From: Octopus sinensis
Lineage: Eukaryota
Assembly (NCBI RefSeq): GCF_006345805.1
Contig: NC_043011.1
Span: forward strand, 8,990,001 to 9,054,000
Length of the DNA stretch: 64,000 nucleotides
Reading direction: 5' to 3'
Program-made: the position numbers and the translations under genes
Notes under the pieces: generated by a model
What the model was told of the DNA's origin: nothing
The model's input: the letters and a program-made list of their open reading frames with translations, nothing else
Database searches by the model: none
Shown: one piece after another, positions 1 through 13,894 of the stretch
Layout of the letters: the number at the start of each line of letters is the position of its first letter
Numbering within the stretch: position 1 is the first letter of the stretch

Positions 1-205
1 GCACACACACACACACACACACACACATGCAAACAGTCGTGATTTTACAGATGTATGTGTGTGGAATAAGATTTGTGAAATTCTTCAACCCTTGTACATA
101 TTGCTGTCATCGATGATGGGGATGATGATAATGATGATGATATTAACGTACAGATATAGTTGTGTTCAAGTGTGCTTATATCTATGTATACATATAGATG
201 TATAA

Positions 206-291
<86 letters not shown>

Positions 292-848
292 TGTGTCTTG
301 CAAATCAATTGCGCTTCAGCAAATATGTTCCCAGCTTCTCCGTGTTCTCCATTCCTTGGCAATCATTTGGAATTCATGTCTTATCTTTAGTGTTTCTTAT
401 TAAAGAATGAAGACGGAAATTTATGTTTTACAATTGAATTATCTGCTTCAGTGTCATTGATGCCATTTCTGGACGGTACCAATGAGGTATGTGAAATGGA
501 CTGACTTCAAATGGGGATCGAAACCAGACTGCTCCAATTGGAACGATATGTAATTCATATTGATCCAGTGGAAATAGATTAAAACAATTCCATATATATG
601 ATCCGGAATATATAATTTGAACAATTGGGTTGACTCTCTTTTACCACTGTTTTTTTCCGTTTCAAGTCTCTCTGCACATGATTCAGTCAGTAGTTACTCC
701 CAGGTACTCCTAGGTTTCTCCGAGCAATCGGCTTATCAAGCTGCTACCTGATCATTTGCGATGGAATTTTACACACCAGCAATGCACTCAATTTGGTGAG
801 TGGGAACATAGATATGATTGGTTAGGAACACTGAAGTTCCTTTCAGTG

Positions 849-880
<32 letters not shown>

Positions 881-1624
881 TGTATATATGTATATATAGG
901 ATTGCGGTTTCGTTTCCCAGACCGGGCGAGGTGAGGGTTTATTGAGCGAAAACACCTAAAGCTCCACGAGGCTCCAGCAGGGGGTGGTGGCGGTCCCTAC
1001 TGTACTCTTTCGCCACAACTTTCTCTCACTCTTTCTTCTGTTGGCCTGCTCGACTAGCCAGCAGGGTGGCGTCATTTGAAGGCTAAAACAATGCGAAGCA
1101 CATTGTGACCAGCGATGTGTAGCAACATCTGATAGCCTGGTCGGTCACGGTGATCACGGTGAGGGAAGCAGCCCCTTTCTTTTCGGTAAAACGATAAAAT
1201 ATGCCCAGTCCACATTTCAAAGAGGGAAAGATGCTTCGAGTCCCGCCCACTCAGTGCAAGCATTGGGGAAAAAGTAAAGAAGCCTTAAAGAAGAGGATAA
1301 TGTTGTTGTTGTTTTTTGTTGATGATGATGATGATGGTGGTGATGATGATGATGATGATGATGGTGATGGTGATGATGATATGAACAAAAATAACGTCAA
1401 GAAATTTTGGACAAACACATTTTCTTACAATAACATTGAATAGGGAGCAGGAAGGAAGGAAATTAACATTAAGTTATACGAAAAGGGAGTTAAGTAGAAA
1501 GGCCGCCATTCTGTGGATCTGGGTTTGGACTGTCTTGTGGAGTAATGACTACATAACAGGCACACTAAACTATTTAATCATAGCTACGCTGAAGACCATA
1601 TTAATTGCTGTCATGATAATGATA

Positions 1625-1689
<65 letters not shown>

Positions 1690-2099
1690 TAATAATAATA
1701 ATAATAATTTAAGAAAGGCCGAGCGTTGGATATTTGAAATGATCTTTGATGAGAATTATAAGGTGATACCTGGAACTTTTGACTGGTATAGTTACCTTAG
1801 TGTTGTAAACATAGGTATATTTTGAATCAGTCGCTTTTATGATTTAGCTGTCCTTGCATGGAATTTTTGTCTGTTTTTTTTTTTAAACAAATACTACCCT
1901 GAGAAGACTCAGATGCAAAAAGGTGAATTTTTTATAAATTCTCCAGTGGCCATGAGACGAAACAAATTGTTGGATTTATACTTGTTTTAATTATTTGTTT
2001 TATTATAGTATATTAAATATTTTTAAAGTATAGTTGTATTATATTATAATATATATCAATTTTTAATATGTCAATTGTATTTCTTCTCCATTTCCTTTA

Positions 2100-2460
<361 letters not shown>

Positions 2461-3053
2461 TATGTACTTATGTGTGTATGTATACATACATGTATATTAC
2501 TGCAAGCTACGCTGCATAAGATCTAGATCCGAAAGTAGTTTTTAATTAACTGAAATTGTAACTATAATTAATGAGAAGGAAAATTCATTTGCATTAATGA
2601 AAATTAATGTAAGTAGGGACAAGGGAGATAGCTTCCAAAATTTTACCTGACCAAAAATTACAGGTATGCAAGGTGTGTGTGTGTGCGTGTGTGTATCTGA
2701 TATAATAGGACCAATGAGTCTGCATAGAAAAATTATTAATGTCCCCTTTGCATTTCCTAACGAGTCCACCATACTTTAACGTCCAAATATCTAATTAAGC
2801 CATGGTGATGGTGATGAGGATGGGGGTGTAATTGCTTTGTTTCTACGTTAATGAATTTGTTCTTCTGTCGTAAATATTTCGGTGATGCACAGGGATATAA
2901 AAAAAACTATAGAAATAATAATAATAATAATAATAATAAAGAAAGGAGAAGAAGACAAAAGAAGAGGGAGAAAGCTAATGTGTTATTGTGTTCAGAACAT
3001 TCCACTGAACTAAAACGTAAACAATAATGATAATAATAATAATGATAATTATA

Positions 3054-3094
<41 letters not shown>

Positions 3095-3237
3095 AATAAA
3101 TAAATAAATAAATAAATAGATATATATATATAATGAAGTGTTAGTTTTAGCTATATATATTATATATATGTACATTCATATATATAAACATATAGATATA
3201 TATATGCATATATTATATCTGTGTATATATATATATG

Positions 3238-3338
<101 letters not shown>

Positions 3339-3594
3339 TATATATTATATGTAATATATATATATACATATATATATGCATGTACATATATATATGTATA
3401 TATGTTCTTGTTCCATGCGCCATATTTCTTGGTCGTCTGAAGAAATATATATGCATGTATATGAATATGTACATACATATACATATATATACAGATATAT
3501 ACTCATATACATACATATATGTATGTATATATATATATATACATACACACACATATATATATATGTATATATATATATGCATATACATATATAT

Positions 3595-3629
<35 letters not shown>

Positions 3630-3983
3630 TATATATATATATGAACATATACGACCAAAGGCCGATCCGTTAGTTACGCAGTAGAGAGGTCAAGATATCG
3701 CTTTTTAAGAAGAAACTACCGTAAAGTATTAAGTATTATCGTAGTAATATTGTAATAGATATACATAGAGCCATATATATGTATATAACAACGAGCCATG
3801 CCGAGAAAATAAGAACAAGTAGAGAAAAGAAAGCGTGTTTTCGAGGCATCACCACATTCATAGGAAAGCCTCTCTCATAACACGGAAGAAGCTTTTCATG
3901 TCTCCATATAAAGACAATCTTCTTTTTCTTCCTGCATTTTTTTTTTTTTTGCCTTTCTTATTTATTTTTAATCTATAGCAGAC

Positions 3984-4088
3984 CTCTTTGAACTCCTGAA
4001 TTTGATTTTGGTTAAACATGGCAAATATATTCGATGTTGCTCTTTGTGTACGGGGTCTACTGGGATTGGTCTTTTTGCGAGAGGCGGC
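3984..4088 (-). CDS. Myosin regulatory light chain, alternative exon B (smooth/non-muscle-type, phosphorylatable N-terminus): AASRKKTNPSRPRTQRATSNIFAMFNQNQIQEFKE
   Basis: Minus strand reads tttatgtttcAG|GCCGCC...TTCAAAGAG|GTctgc. The exon is 105 nt, phase 0/0. The peptide contains the QRATSN(V/I)FAMF..Q.IQEFKE hallmark of MYL9/MYL12/sqh-type RLCs, including the MLCK Thr-Ser site. Confidence 0.93.
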
Positions 4089-4194
4089 CTGAAACATAAA
4101 AACGAGGGAAGAGGATTTCAAAGGGTGGGAAGACTATGGAACATTTAACACAAAGTGATTTGTTTATTTCCCCTTTATTTGGTCTGTGTCCTAC

Positions 4195-4245
4195 CTCTTT
4201 CAGCTCCTGCATCTGTCTCTGGGACAACTTCACTCTTTTTGGAGC
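4195..4245 (-). CDS. Myosin regulatory light chain, alternative exon A (molluscan striated-type N-terminus): APKRVKLSQRQMQELKE
   Basis: Minus strand reads tttttAG|GCTCCAAAAAGAGTGAAGTTGTCCCAGAGACAGATGCAGGAGCTGAAAGAG|GTag. The exon is 51 nt, phase 0/0. With the upstream MAEE exon it gives MAEEAPKRVKLSQRQMQELKE, nearly identical to the squid mantle RLC N-terminus as I recall it (AEEAPRRVKLSQRQMQELKEAF). Missing from the ORF track because it is short. Confidence 0.92.
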
Positions 4246-4354
4246 CTAAAAATAGTTAAAACTGGTCATGATTACTGTGCAAAACAAATTTTTAAAAATT
4301 AGTAATAATAATAATAATAATGAAAATAATAATAATAATGATAAATAAATAAAT

Positions 4355-4599
4355 GCGCCCTTTTAAAGCCTGGCCAGGCTCATGGGCCCGGTTTCCCGGT
4401 TTCAATGGCGTGTGTGTTCCCCAGCTGGACAGGACGCCAATCCATCGCAGCGTTACTCATTTTTGCCAGCTGAGGGGACTGGAGCAACGTGAAATGAAGT
4501 GTTTTGCTCAAGAACACAACGCGTCGCCCGGTCCAGGAATCGAAACCACAATCTTACGATCATGGTGCTGACACCCTAACCACTAAGCCACGCGCCTCC
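4355..4599 (-). mobile_element. tRNA-derived SINE with V-domain-like core
   Basis: Minus strand has a tRNA-like head (GGAGGCGCGTGGCTTAGTGGTTAGG...GGTTTCGATTCC) with A/B boxes, a central GCGATGGATTGGCGTCCTGTCCAG motif and an (ATT)n tail. A related fragment lies near 35780. Confidence 0.75.
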
Positions 4600-6235
4600 A
4601 CAGTAATAATAACAATAATAAATAATTGGAACAAAGAGAAAGAAAGCAAGAATTAATTGTGTATGTGACAGGATTAAAAATCGAAGGATAATCTGATTTG
4701 CAGGTTATTTTCAGTTGCTTTGATTGCTGCTGCTCGAATTGGTTCCGATCAAATCCAGATGTTGTCTTCAACTCAGAGCTGACCGAAATCACCGGCGAGT
4801 TCTGTGATTTCTGTTTTTTGTTCAAGGACCGAACTAAAGAAACAGTTATTAATAAGATAGTGCTCTAGCTATTGACAATAGTACAGGTTTACTGACCCAT
4901 GGTACCTGTTTGTTATGAGGAGGAACGAGGCAGCGAGAATTAAGAACTGTCTCTAATAGCTATGACATAAGCAAGTTCTTGATCACATGACATCCACATT
5001 GTCTTGAGATAAATGTATCCTTTTTTTCTTTCCCTAAAATTAGTTGAAATAGGATATTTTTTTATAACTGCTGTCGAGAGGGATGAGATATAAAAGAAAT
5101 ATAAATGTGTGGCTTCCATGCATGTCCTCTGGGCAGCAGGGAAAAAAATATGAAGATCAGTGACTGCATGGATTAAATATTGAATTTCGTCTGTTCTTCC
5201 GAGTCTACAAAAACGAAATTCAAATCTGGTTGCAAAACTTCAGCTGTGTCTATGGCTACAACACCTGAATCTTCTGTAAAAAAGTTCTTGTTTAATCAAG
5301 TGAATGGGGTGACTTGCTGTTTAGATTTTAAAACGAAACCTACAAAGTAAAATTCTTCCTTGATCTGAAATGGAAAATAAAAGAGTTAAAATTTATCCTA
5401 ATTCTTTCTCCGACCAGTCGCTTTTTTCCCCCATTTTTCCTTCGTTTTTTAGCAAATTGTTCCTCTGGTTTTTGTTTTTGTTGGTATTTTGTGTTTACCG
5501 ACAGTCGTTTGGTGTTTTTGTACTAGTTATATTCGAGAGAAAAAGAACAGCTGATAGGTTCATCATCAATAGCCCTATAATAAACATCAAAACCAGAAAT
5601 GGTGATGAAACCAGTCATATATTCGGCGAATGTTCTCAGCGGAAGCGAGAATTCTGAGCTAAGAGAACATGGAAATAGAAAAAATATATTAATACTTCAC
5701 CAACACAAAATATTGGATATTTTAAAGAAAGAAACCTTTTGATGTAAATTAAAGGCGACAATTCTCCAGAATATATTGCCATTAAGTTTAATTAAACACA
5801 AGACTTTACATATAATTCAGTAATTGGTAGAAATTAGATATCTTCATCTCTTAACGAGAATAATGCAATATTTTATGTTGGTGGCGATATAAACAAATAT
5901 AATAATACACTTTATTTTATTCTTTTACTGGGTTCAAGCAATGGACTGCGGCCACGCTGGAGCACTACCTTTAGATATGTTACTCGGTTGTATCGACTCC
6001 AGTACTTTGTTATATATTTTATCGATCCCGTCCGTAGTCGATTATTGAAAAGCAAGTCGACCTTGGAGCACACTGAAGTAATTAGGACGGAGGTAAATAC
6101 CAAAAGGTATTTTCTTTTGTGCTTCGAATATATATGCATATATATGCATGCGCACACACACACACATACACACTCACACACACACCACATTCATACACAT
6201 GCACCGCGTACACACACATATATACATATATATAC

Positions 6236-6272
<37 letters not shown>

Positions 6273-6317
6273 CATACGCGCGCACACATACACACATACA
6301 TACATACATACAATACA

Positions 6318-6348
<31 letters not shown>

Positions 6349-6526
6349 CATACATACATACATACATACAATACATACATACATACATACATACATACAT
6401 ACATACATACATACATACATACATGCCTGCATACATGCATATACAGTATATATATATATGGTCCGATTCGATAATCCGGTAAAAGACAAAGAATAAGAAA
6501 GCGGTGTTCGTCTCGGATATACTTAC

Positions 6527-6546
6527 CTCTTCAGCCATTGTTGATT
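6527..6546 (-). CDS. Myosin RLC start-codon micro-exon (20 nt: 8 nt UTR + ATG GCT GAA GAG = MAEE; CDS 6527-6538)
   Basis: Minus strand reads cttaat...ctctgttttctttattatatattccAG|aatcaacaATGGCTGAAGAG|GTAAGT, with a consensus donor and a good acceptor. It joins in frame (phase 0) to either downstream exon. Confidence 0.88.
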
Positions 6547-6733
6547 CTGGAATATATAATAAAGAAAACAGAGTTTTAAAAATTAAGGTAATTAAATATA
6601 TAATTTATGAATATTAACATAATTAATATAGTAGAAGTTGAAAATCTAATAATACATAATAACATCGTGATTGAAAAGACAATATTACTCAGTCACTAAA
6701 TATTATTTAATCATTTCAACAAGTACGGGAGAT

Positions 6734-6777
6734 AACTTAGGACTAGTTTCGGACTTATTAGTCCTCTTCGGTGAAGC
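6734..6777 (-). ncRNA. Degenerate minimal type-I hammerhead ribozyme motif (U4C core change)
   Basis: Minus strand reads CCGAAGA-GGAC-taataa-GTCC-GAAA-CTAG-TC. Stem II is perfect and stem III is the palindrome ACTAGT, but stem I pairs imperfectly. Confidence 0.55.
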
Positions 6778-6851
6778 ATAAACTTCACAGTAAATGGATA
6801 CGTAATATTGTATGCGTGTAAGTGTGAAAAAGGAGTGTGTGTATTATATAT

Positions 6852-6908
<57 letters not shown>

Positions 6909-8127
6909 TGTGTGTTGTGGTGTGTGGTGTGTGTGTGTGTTGTGTGTGTGTTGTGTGTGTGTGTGATGGTTGATGAAAATGATTGGTGATTAGTTATTTG
7001 AACGATTGTATTTGTGGTGCAATCTTTCTTCTATCCTTACTTTGGCCACAATGCCACACTCGCCACAAATCCTGATAGCTGTAAGATCTATGTGGCCCCG
7101 CTCCCTCATTATATCTTTCGAATTTAATAACATTTAGGGGTTGCTATTCTCTCCGACAGCAGTGCCATCGCCCTGGGCTGTTCGTATCTGTATCTATCAC
7201 CCTTGATATACAGTCAACTCTAGGAAGAATCCCTCAGGATTCTCAGATGTAATTTGTTGCTTGAAGAAACCTGGGTGGCCCCATAATCGACCCCCAGTAT
7301 TTGATTGGTACTTTATTTTTTCGACCTAAGAAGAATTTGAACCCAAAACGTAAAGGGTCGTACATAAGAACCACCGGGAGTTTGTCCAACGCTTGATCAA
7401 TGCTGCCAATCTACCTTGGTTGTAGTGATACTGAAGGGGTGGGGAGAGGGGTACCAGTGGTTGTTGTTGTTGTTGTGGTGGTGGTGGTGGTGTTCTGAAG
7501 AACTCCATCTTCCACCAAAGATGGCTTCGAAAGACAGACTTCCATTGTCTTTGGTCATTTCCCGACTCACCAAACTCTCACCAGTTGTGGTTGTTGTTGT
7601 TGTTGTTTAGTATCAGGTCAGACACAAAGATGCTCGAACCATGACTCCGCATACCTAGGACTATATTATCCAATGTAACCTTCTTTTTTAGGACAGCAGG
7701 GTGAATTTAGCTGTTATTTCGTTAATATGGCTTTAGGTATATTATGCCTTCATAAAGACGAGATGGTCGAGGCTGGAATGTCTTTGATGAGAAGGTTGCT
7801 TGAGCAAACTAACCTGGGGTTAAATAACAACAAAAAAAAACGGCTGCTGTAACTACTACTACTACTACTACTACTAAAGCTGCTACTGCTGCTGCTGCTA
7901 CTGATGGTGATTATGATTGCTTTTACTAGGTTCACCTACTATAGTAGTGGTAATAGTATAACAGTAGTGGTGATGCTGGTACTCTTGGTGGTAATAGTAT
8001 ATGTCGTAGTAGAAGTACAAATTGTATTGGTAGTATTAGTGATAGTGTTGGTGGTGGTGGGAGCGATGGTGGTGATAACGATGATGATGGTTAGTAGATG
8101 TGGCAGTAATACTAGTAGTAGTGGTGG

Positions 8128-8158
<31 letters not shown>

Positions 8159-9675
8159 GAAGATAATTGTAGTGGTGATGGTTAGGAGTAATGGTGGCGG
8201 TGCTGTTGTTTGGTGGTGGTGGTGGTGGTGGTTAGATATCGGTGCACCTTTTACGGAGAAAGTGAACAACTGGCGAAGTTTATGGCAAGTACCGCTGGCA
8301 TGGTGCCACAGTAATTCTAGAAGACAGAGAACGTGTGTTACTGCTGCCCCTGCTGCTACCGTAAGTCTTGGAGAATTTCTCTCTCTCTCTCAACATATGC
8401 CAAGCATATTACCACTCACCTCCCCTCCATTTCCTTCACTTATTCTCCTGAATAAGTATCAACCCCTACCTACCCTTCTCCGTCTCTCACTTATTCCACC
8501 AAATTCTGGCTGCTGCTATTTCAAGAACAAGTCAAAAGTTTGGGGAATTCTGGGGGTTTTGGTTTTTGTTGTTTTTGCTGAAGAACAGGGTGGTGCATAT
8601 CTATCTATCAACACCCACACCCATACACACACACACACACACACACACCCATACATACACACACTGTTTTATTTAAAACCTTGTTTGTTTCTGCTAAATA
8701 CAAGCCATTATTGTTACCAAACTTCAAAACTTCAAAACTGGCATCGAACGCCGTCGGTTCCAGCTGGTTGGTTGAGGCCATTTGAAGCACTGTCATTAAA
8801 GAACACTGGACCTAGGCACAAGACATCATGAGTCTCTTGGTCTGCTAGAAATAACAGCCTGATGTCCCTGATATCACATAATCTTTAAAAAGGAAGAACT
8901 ACTCAATAATCTCGTTATAAATACAGAGTCTGGCCTGCAGATGGGGTGGTCACTGTTGGAACGCCTTTGTTATTAAATCTCGTGGATCAGGATTGATAAA
9001 TAACTACAAGACCCCTGATCATTTGTCAGGTAACTGTGTTCCCATTTACGTCAGAGGTCCCCTTCCTTACTCTGTATGGCACCGACTTCCATAGCTGGTT
9101 GTTCCAAATCTAAATCGTACCCGGGAAACATTTGATCTTTATTATCATGACACTCCGGGCAAAAGAGGAATCCAAGACCTTCATTATCTCTAAACCAATA
9201 CCTGCTTAAAGACTTGAGCACGCTGGGTACTTTCCCGAAGGGCCGCACGGCTATAGGGCCCATTGCTAAACTGTACATTCTGTGGTTATATACATAGGGG
9301 TCCCAGAGCAGTGCTTTGCCCTCTTCACACAGGTCTGTCCTCCAGCCTAGGTGAGCAGGGGATTCGAAACCTTCATTACGTTGACACTGGTTAATATAAG
9401 AAGGTGGATTATGGCCTGCGTTGTGCTGCATCTGGCCTGGAAATAGCCTCTGCTTCGCTCTAAGTAAGTGTGTCGGAAGTGTGAGTGTGGGGCGGGGGTT
9501 GATTACTTTCATCCAACTGGAAGTGTCAGGTTACGTGTGTGTGTGGGTGTGAGTGGGGTGTAGGTAGAGATAGACATACACACAACTGATTTCATCAGAG
9601 AAAAGCTTCAAGAGAGAGGGTGGCCAAGACGGGTAGAAGAAAGCTGGTGAAAGAAAAAGGTGTAAAAACAGAAAG

Positions 9676-9714
<39 letters not shown>

Positions 9715-9962
9715 ATGAGAGAGAGTGTGTGTGTGTGTGTGTTTGAGAGAGGGTGTTAGACAAGATAAAAGAAATCATTAAGAAAAAGGAAAAAGTCGAA
9801 AAGAGAGTGAGAGGGGAGAGAGAGGAAACTGAGAGAGAGAGAGAGAGAGAGAGTGAGGAGGAGAGAGGAAGTGAGGTTAGGGGTAAGGTGGAAGGGGAGA
9901 GAAGAGAAAGAGAGAGAAATAGAGGTGCAAGAGGAAGTGAATAAGTGCGGTGGGAGGAGGGT

Positions 9963-10004
<42 letters not shown>

Positions 10005-11939
10005 GGGATAGAGTGTGGAGTATGTGTGTAATAAAGAAAATAGGAAAAAAGGAGGGAGAAATAAAGAAAGAAAGAAAGAAAGAGAGAGAGGAAGGGAGGG
10101 AAAAGGAATAAGAGAAGAAGGAAAGTGAGAGAGGGGAGAGGGTGGAGTGAGATAATGAAGAGAGGATAAAAATATATTTGATTCTGGTTATGACCAAATT
10201 TAGCAGGATTCTGAAGGAATGGAATAGTTCTAGAATCTACCAAAGTGGCGTCGTAAGATAAGGGAATTGGTAAATTAAAGATGGCTTAAGTTAGCTAGGA
10301 TGTCTATATGTGGCGGACTGTTGTGTTAGAAATAGCAGCCAATATCACTTATTCCTGGTTTAGAAAAGGAAGGACACGTTTTAGATTTAGTTTTATTTGC
10401 TGCATGCGAATTAAAGATGGTATGGTCCCACGTTACACCTAATCCCAAACACTCATGATCAAAGGCATTCCAGCCATGTCCATCCTGTCATTTCTTATAG
10501 GAAAAGAATCCAGGACGATATTATCCCACGTGACCTTATATAATGTAGTAAAGTGTAAGCTGAGGGAGATTTGACTGTCATTTCTAGCCGGTCGGTCGAC
10601 CACATAGAGGATCCCTCATTGACTCATAATTATCTTATTTGACTTGTCGTTGTTGTTGTAGCTGTTGATTAACCCCAGGTCAGCTCTGATCGAGCAAGAT
10701 TTCAGTGATCAAAAGCGTTCCAGTCCCGACATCCACCTCTGCTTTTTTATACATCTACGACTACAATATCCAGTGTATCCATCTTTTGCAAAACGGTAAT
10801 TTGGCTGCTGCTTCTAACAAGATCTAGTGTTCCATATTCATAGAAGGTAGTGCGAGTTGGCAGGAACGGTAACATACAGAACTCAGTCCGTCAAACAGTT
10901 TAAACCTCTTGAATCTAAGTTCGAATCTTACTGGGATCTCATTTCTTTTATGTATTTTTCTGGCGGACGATGATTCAAATAGTACCAGTAATACGCTGGG
11001 ATTGACAATATAAAAAAAAGATATCCACTTTAAACCTTGCTGTTGTTATTGTTTAACCCTCGGTCCTTCCAGATAAAGCTGATCAAGGATCAAAGTCATC
11101 CTAGTAGACGAGAGTGTGTGTGGGTTTGAGAAATATTTGGCTATTATTCCTAACTGATCAAGCAACCGGTTAACAGGCTCTCTTAATGACTCTATCAATG
11201 TTTCTAATCATGGCTCTTCTTGTTTTATTGTGGGGCAAGATGTCGAACTACATACGTTTGAAATTTTGTGAGGGAGATTTGGCTGCTATGTTTAAGAATT
11301 TCACTTCGATCTTCGTCGAGAATTTCAAGATATTTAATATGTTGTTGGTATTTTTGTTGTCGTCATTGCCTTTATATAAAAACGTTTGGGTCTTTACAAG
11401 TGAGAACGATGGGACTCAATGATGTAAAGCAGAGCCCATATTTTTTAATAGCTGAGTATATTATAAGAGTTACTGAGGAATCTAGAGTTTCGTGCAAATA
11501 CATTCCTCAAGCACAAAGTGCAAAGTAGTTTACAACGAAATTCTAGTTAATTGCGTTACTAATATAATATTGTAAGCGCGTGCTTGTGTTTGTGACCCCT
11601 TCGGTCATGAATGACCATGGGATTGCACCTAGAAAGTTACCCTCCGAGGCACAAATCTGGGCAAGGTTGTTTAAGGAAGACCAACGATTCCCTTTAGGGG
11701 CCGAAGTACAACCATCCACTGCAAATTTAGCTGTTAATTTTTGATAGTAATGAGCTCATTGTACTCCGGGTTCAGACGCACTACACCCCATCTGAACAAG
11801 GTAAAAGAGGGGACAGAAAGCAGTAGTAAGTCTAGTAAAAAAAGACAGGCATGATTCCTAAAAGTTCAAGCATAATACATAGAATAAAGCACCAAAAGAG
11901 GGAAAATTGGACATGAAAGAACCATAAGAGAGGTTTTTA

Positions 11940-12950
11940 AGACACTCAGCTCTAAAATCTCAAATATAGAATGCAGTATCGGAAAAATAACACCATTCCA
12001 TATTAATTTAAAGTGACGGTTTCAAACCCTCATATTTCATATACGAATTGGACATATTAAATTCAATACCAAATATAATTATTTTGGATTAATTACGGAT
12101 AATATATTAGTGTGATTCCAAATTTTGAAACTGTAGGCTGAACCTAGATCACAGACCATTCTATTAAAACAATATTTTTTTTTTATTAACAACCTGTAGG
12201 CATACGGTATTTCGTTATGCCACCATAATATACTACAGAGTATAATAAACGTTTTTATCAGTCAACACCGTGTACTTCTGTGTTAGCAGTGCGCTTAAAA
12301 TCTGTAGAAATGACCTTAACACATATATTCTTTTAAATCTCTTCTTTTTTTTTTAATATTTCTGTAATGAGGAAAAATAAAGCCCTTCTCTGTTTTAAGG
12401 ATTTCTGATTCTTGGGGTGAGGAGGGAGGTATCCTTAAACCGAATACCTGGCCTCGTTTGCTTGCAACAGAGTGGACTCTGCTAAAGGTAAACTAGGTGT
12501 TATGTTGTGGTATTTAATCGAGCGACAGATTAATTCTTCTCCCCAAAAGTCTGCAATCAATATTTTTCATTCGATATTTAATCTCGAACATTTTAAGCCG
12601 AGCCTGTATCCATTTTGAATTTCAAGATCAACACGTAACACTGATTGACAAACTGGGTCAGATTTAAAACCATTGGTCTTATAATTGGATCAAACAAGTT
12701 AAAAGCTCAACAAATGAAAGACCTTCTGACGCACTTTAAAACCCTCAAATTTTCAAAATCTCTTCATCCTAGACATTAAATATGTAACACACTTTCACAA
12801 TGTCCCGTCCTTTCACACACATTTAACGTTACGCTTTCAAACTCAATCTTGCTTCATTCATAAATTTCAAAAATGAAACTTGTCATCAAATTCTAGAAAA
12901 CTGGATGGACAAAGTAGGTTTCAAGTTCAATACCAAATAACTCAAAGACT
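11940..12950 (+). mobile_element. Possible highly decayed Penelope-like retroelement remnant
   Basis: Only weak, frameshifted resemblance to PLE RT C-terminal motifs. No clean ORF. Confidence 0.25.
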
Positions 12951-13376
12951 AAACATCGATGATGAAATATAATTTAGACATTTGGTACCCCAACCCATGC
13001 AACTGTTTGCTGTACAACTCAAGGTCAATGATCAAATTGCTATCGTATATTTCAATAATTAATTCTTGTGTAATTTTTTTCCTAATTATGTACCTGCACG
13101 GGTATTTATATTTTAACACTCATCATAAATTTAAATTCACTTTTATCTTATTTATAGTGTGCATGTATATATTATATATATATATATATATTATATATAT
13201 ATATATATATGTATGTAGTATGTATATACATATACATATATATTTGATTACACCTGCGTTAAACTCCATTTATTTATTCACATATATATATATATATCAG
13301 CCTTCCTTCCGATCATCTTCAATGCAATGCTAGAGAATGACCAAACAAGGAGAAGAGCTGATAGTGAAGCAGAAAG

Positions 13377-13429
<53 letters not shown>

Positions 13430-13844
13430 GCGCACGCACGCACATACACACGCATGCATATCAAAGTGTAGGGCTGCTGGAGAAGAGCACCATTTGGTAT
13501 AGCTATCGCATTACATAAGGCAGTAAGGTAGCACCATGTTTACCAAATACCAAATAACTGGTGAGGCTGGATACTTTTACAAGTATTTCATCGCTCCATA
13601 TTGTAATCGTTGCTGATGTGTGTGTGTGAGAGAGAGAGAGAGAGAAAGGAGGGAGAGACGTTTACATACACATATACGCATATATACATATATACACACA
13701 TATATATGTGTGTGTGTATATGTATGTATATGCGTGTATATCTGTGTTTATGTGTATGTGTGTAATATATATATATATATCTAAGCATACATATATACAT
13801 ACATATATATATTATACATGCATACATACATACATACTATATAT

Positions 13845-13894
<50 letters not shown>

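Noticed and set aside
3858-4121. 87-aa ORF taken as a complete protein
   Set aside because: Only 3984-4088 is RLC-like and bounded by AG/GT. The flanks are intron read-through.
9051-9512. 153-aa non-repetitive ORF (-)
   Set aside because: No recognisable domain or convincing splice signals. Probably a decayed retroelement, but I could not assign it.
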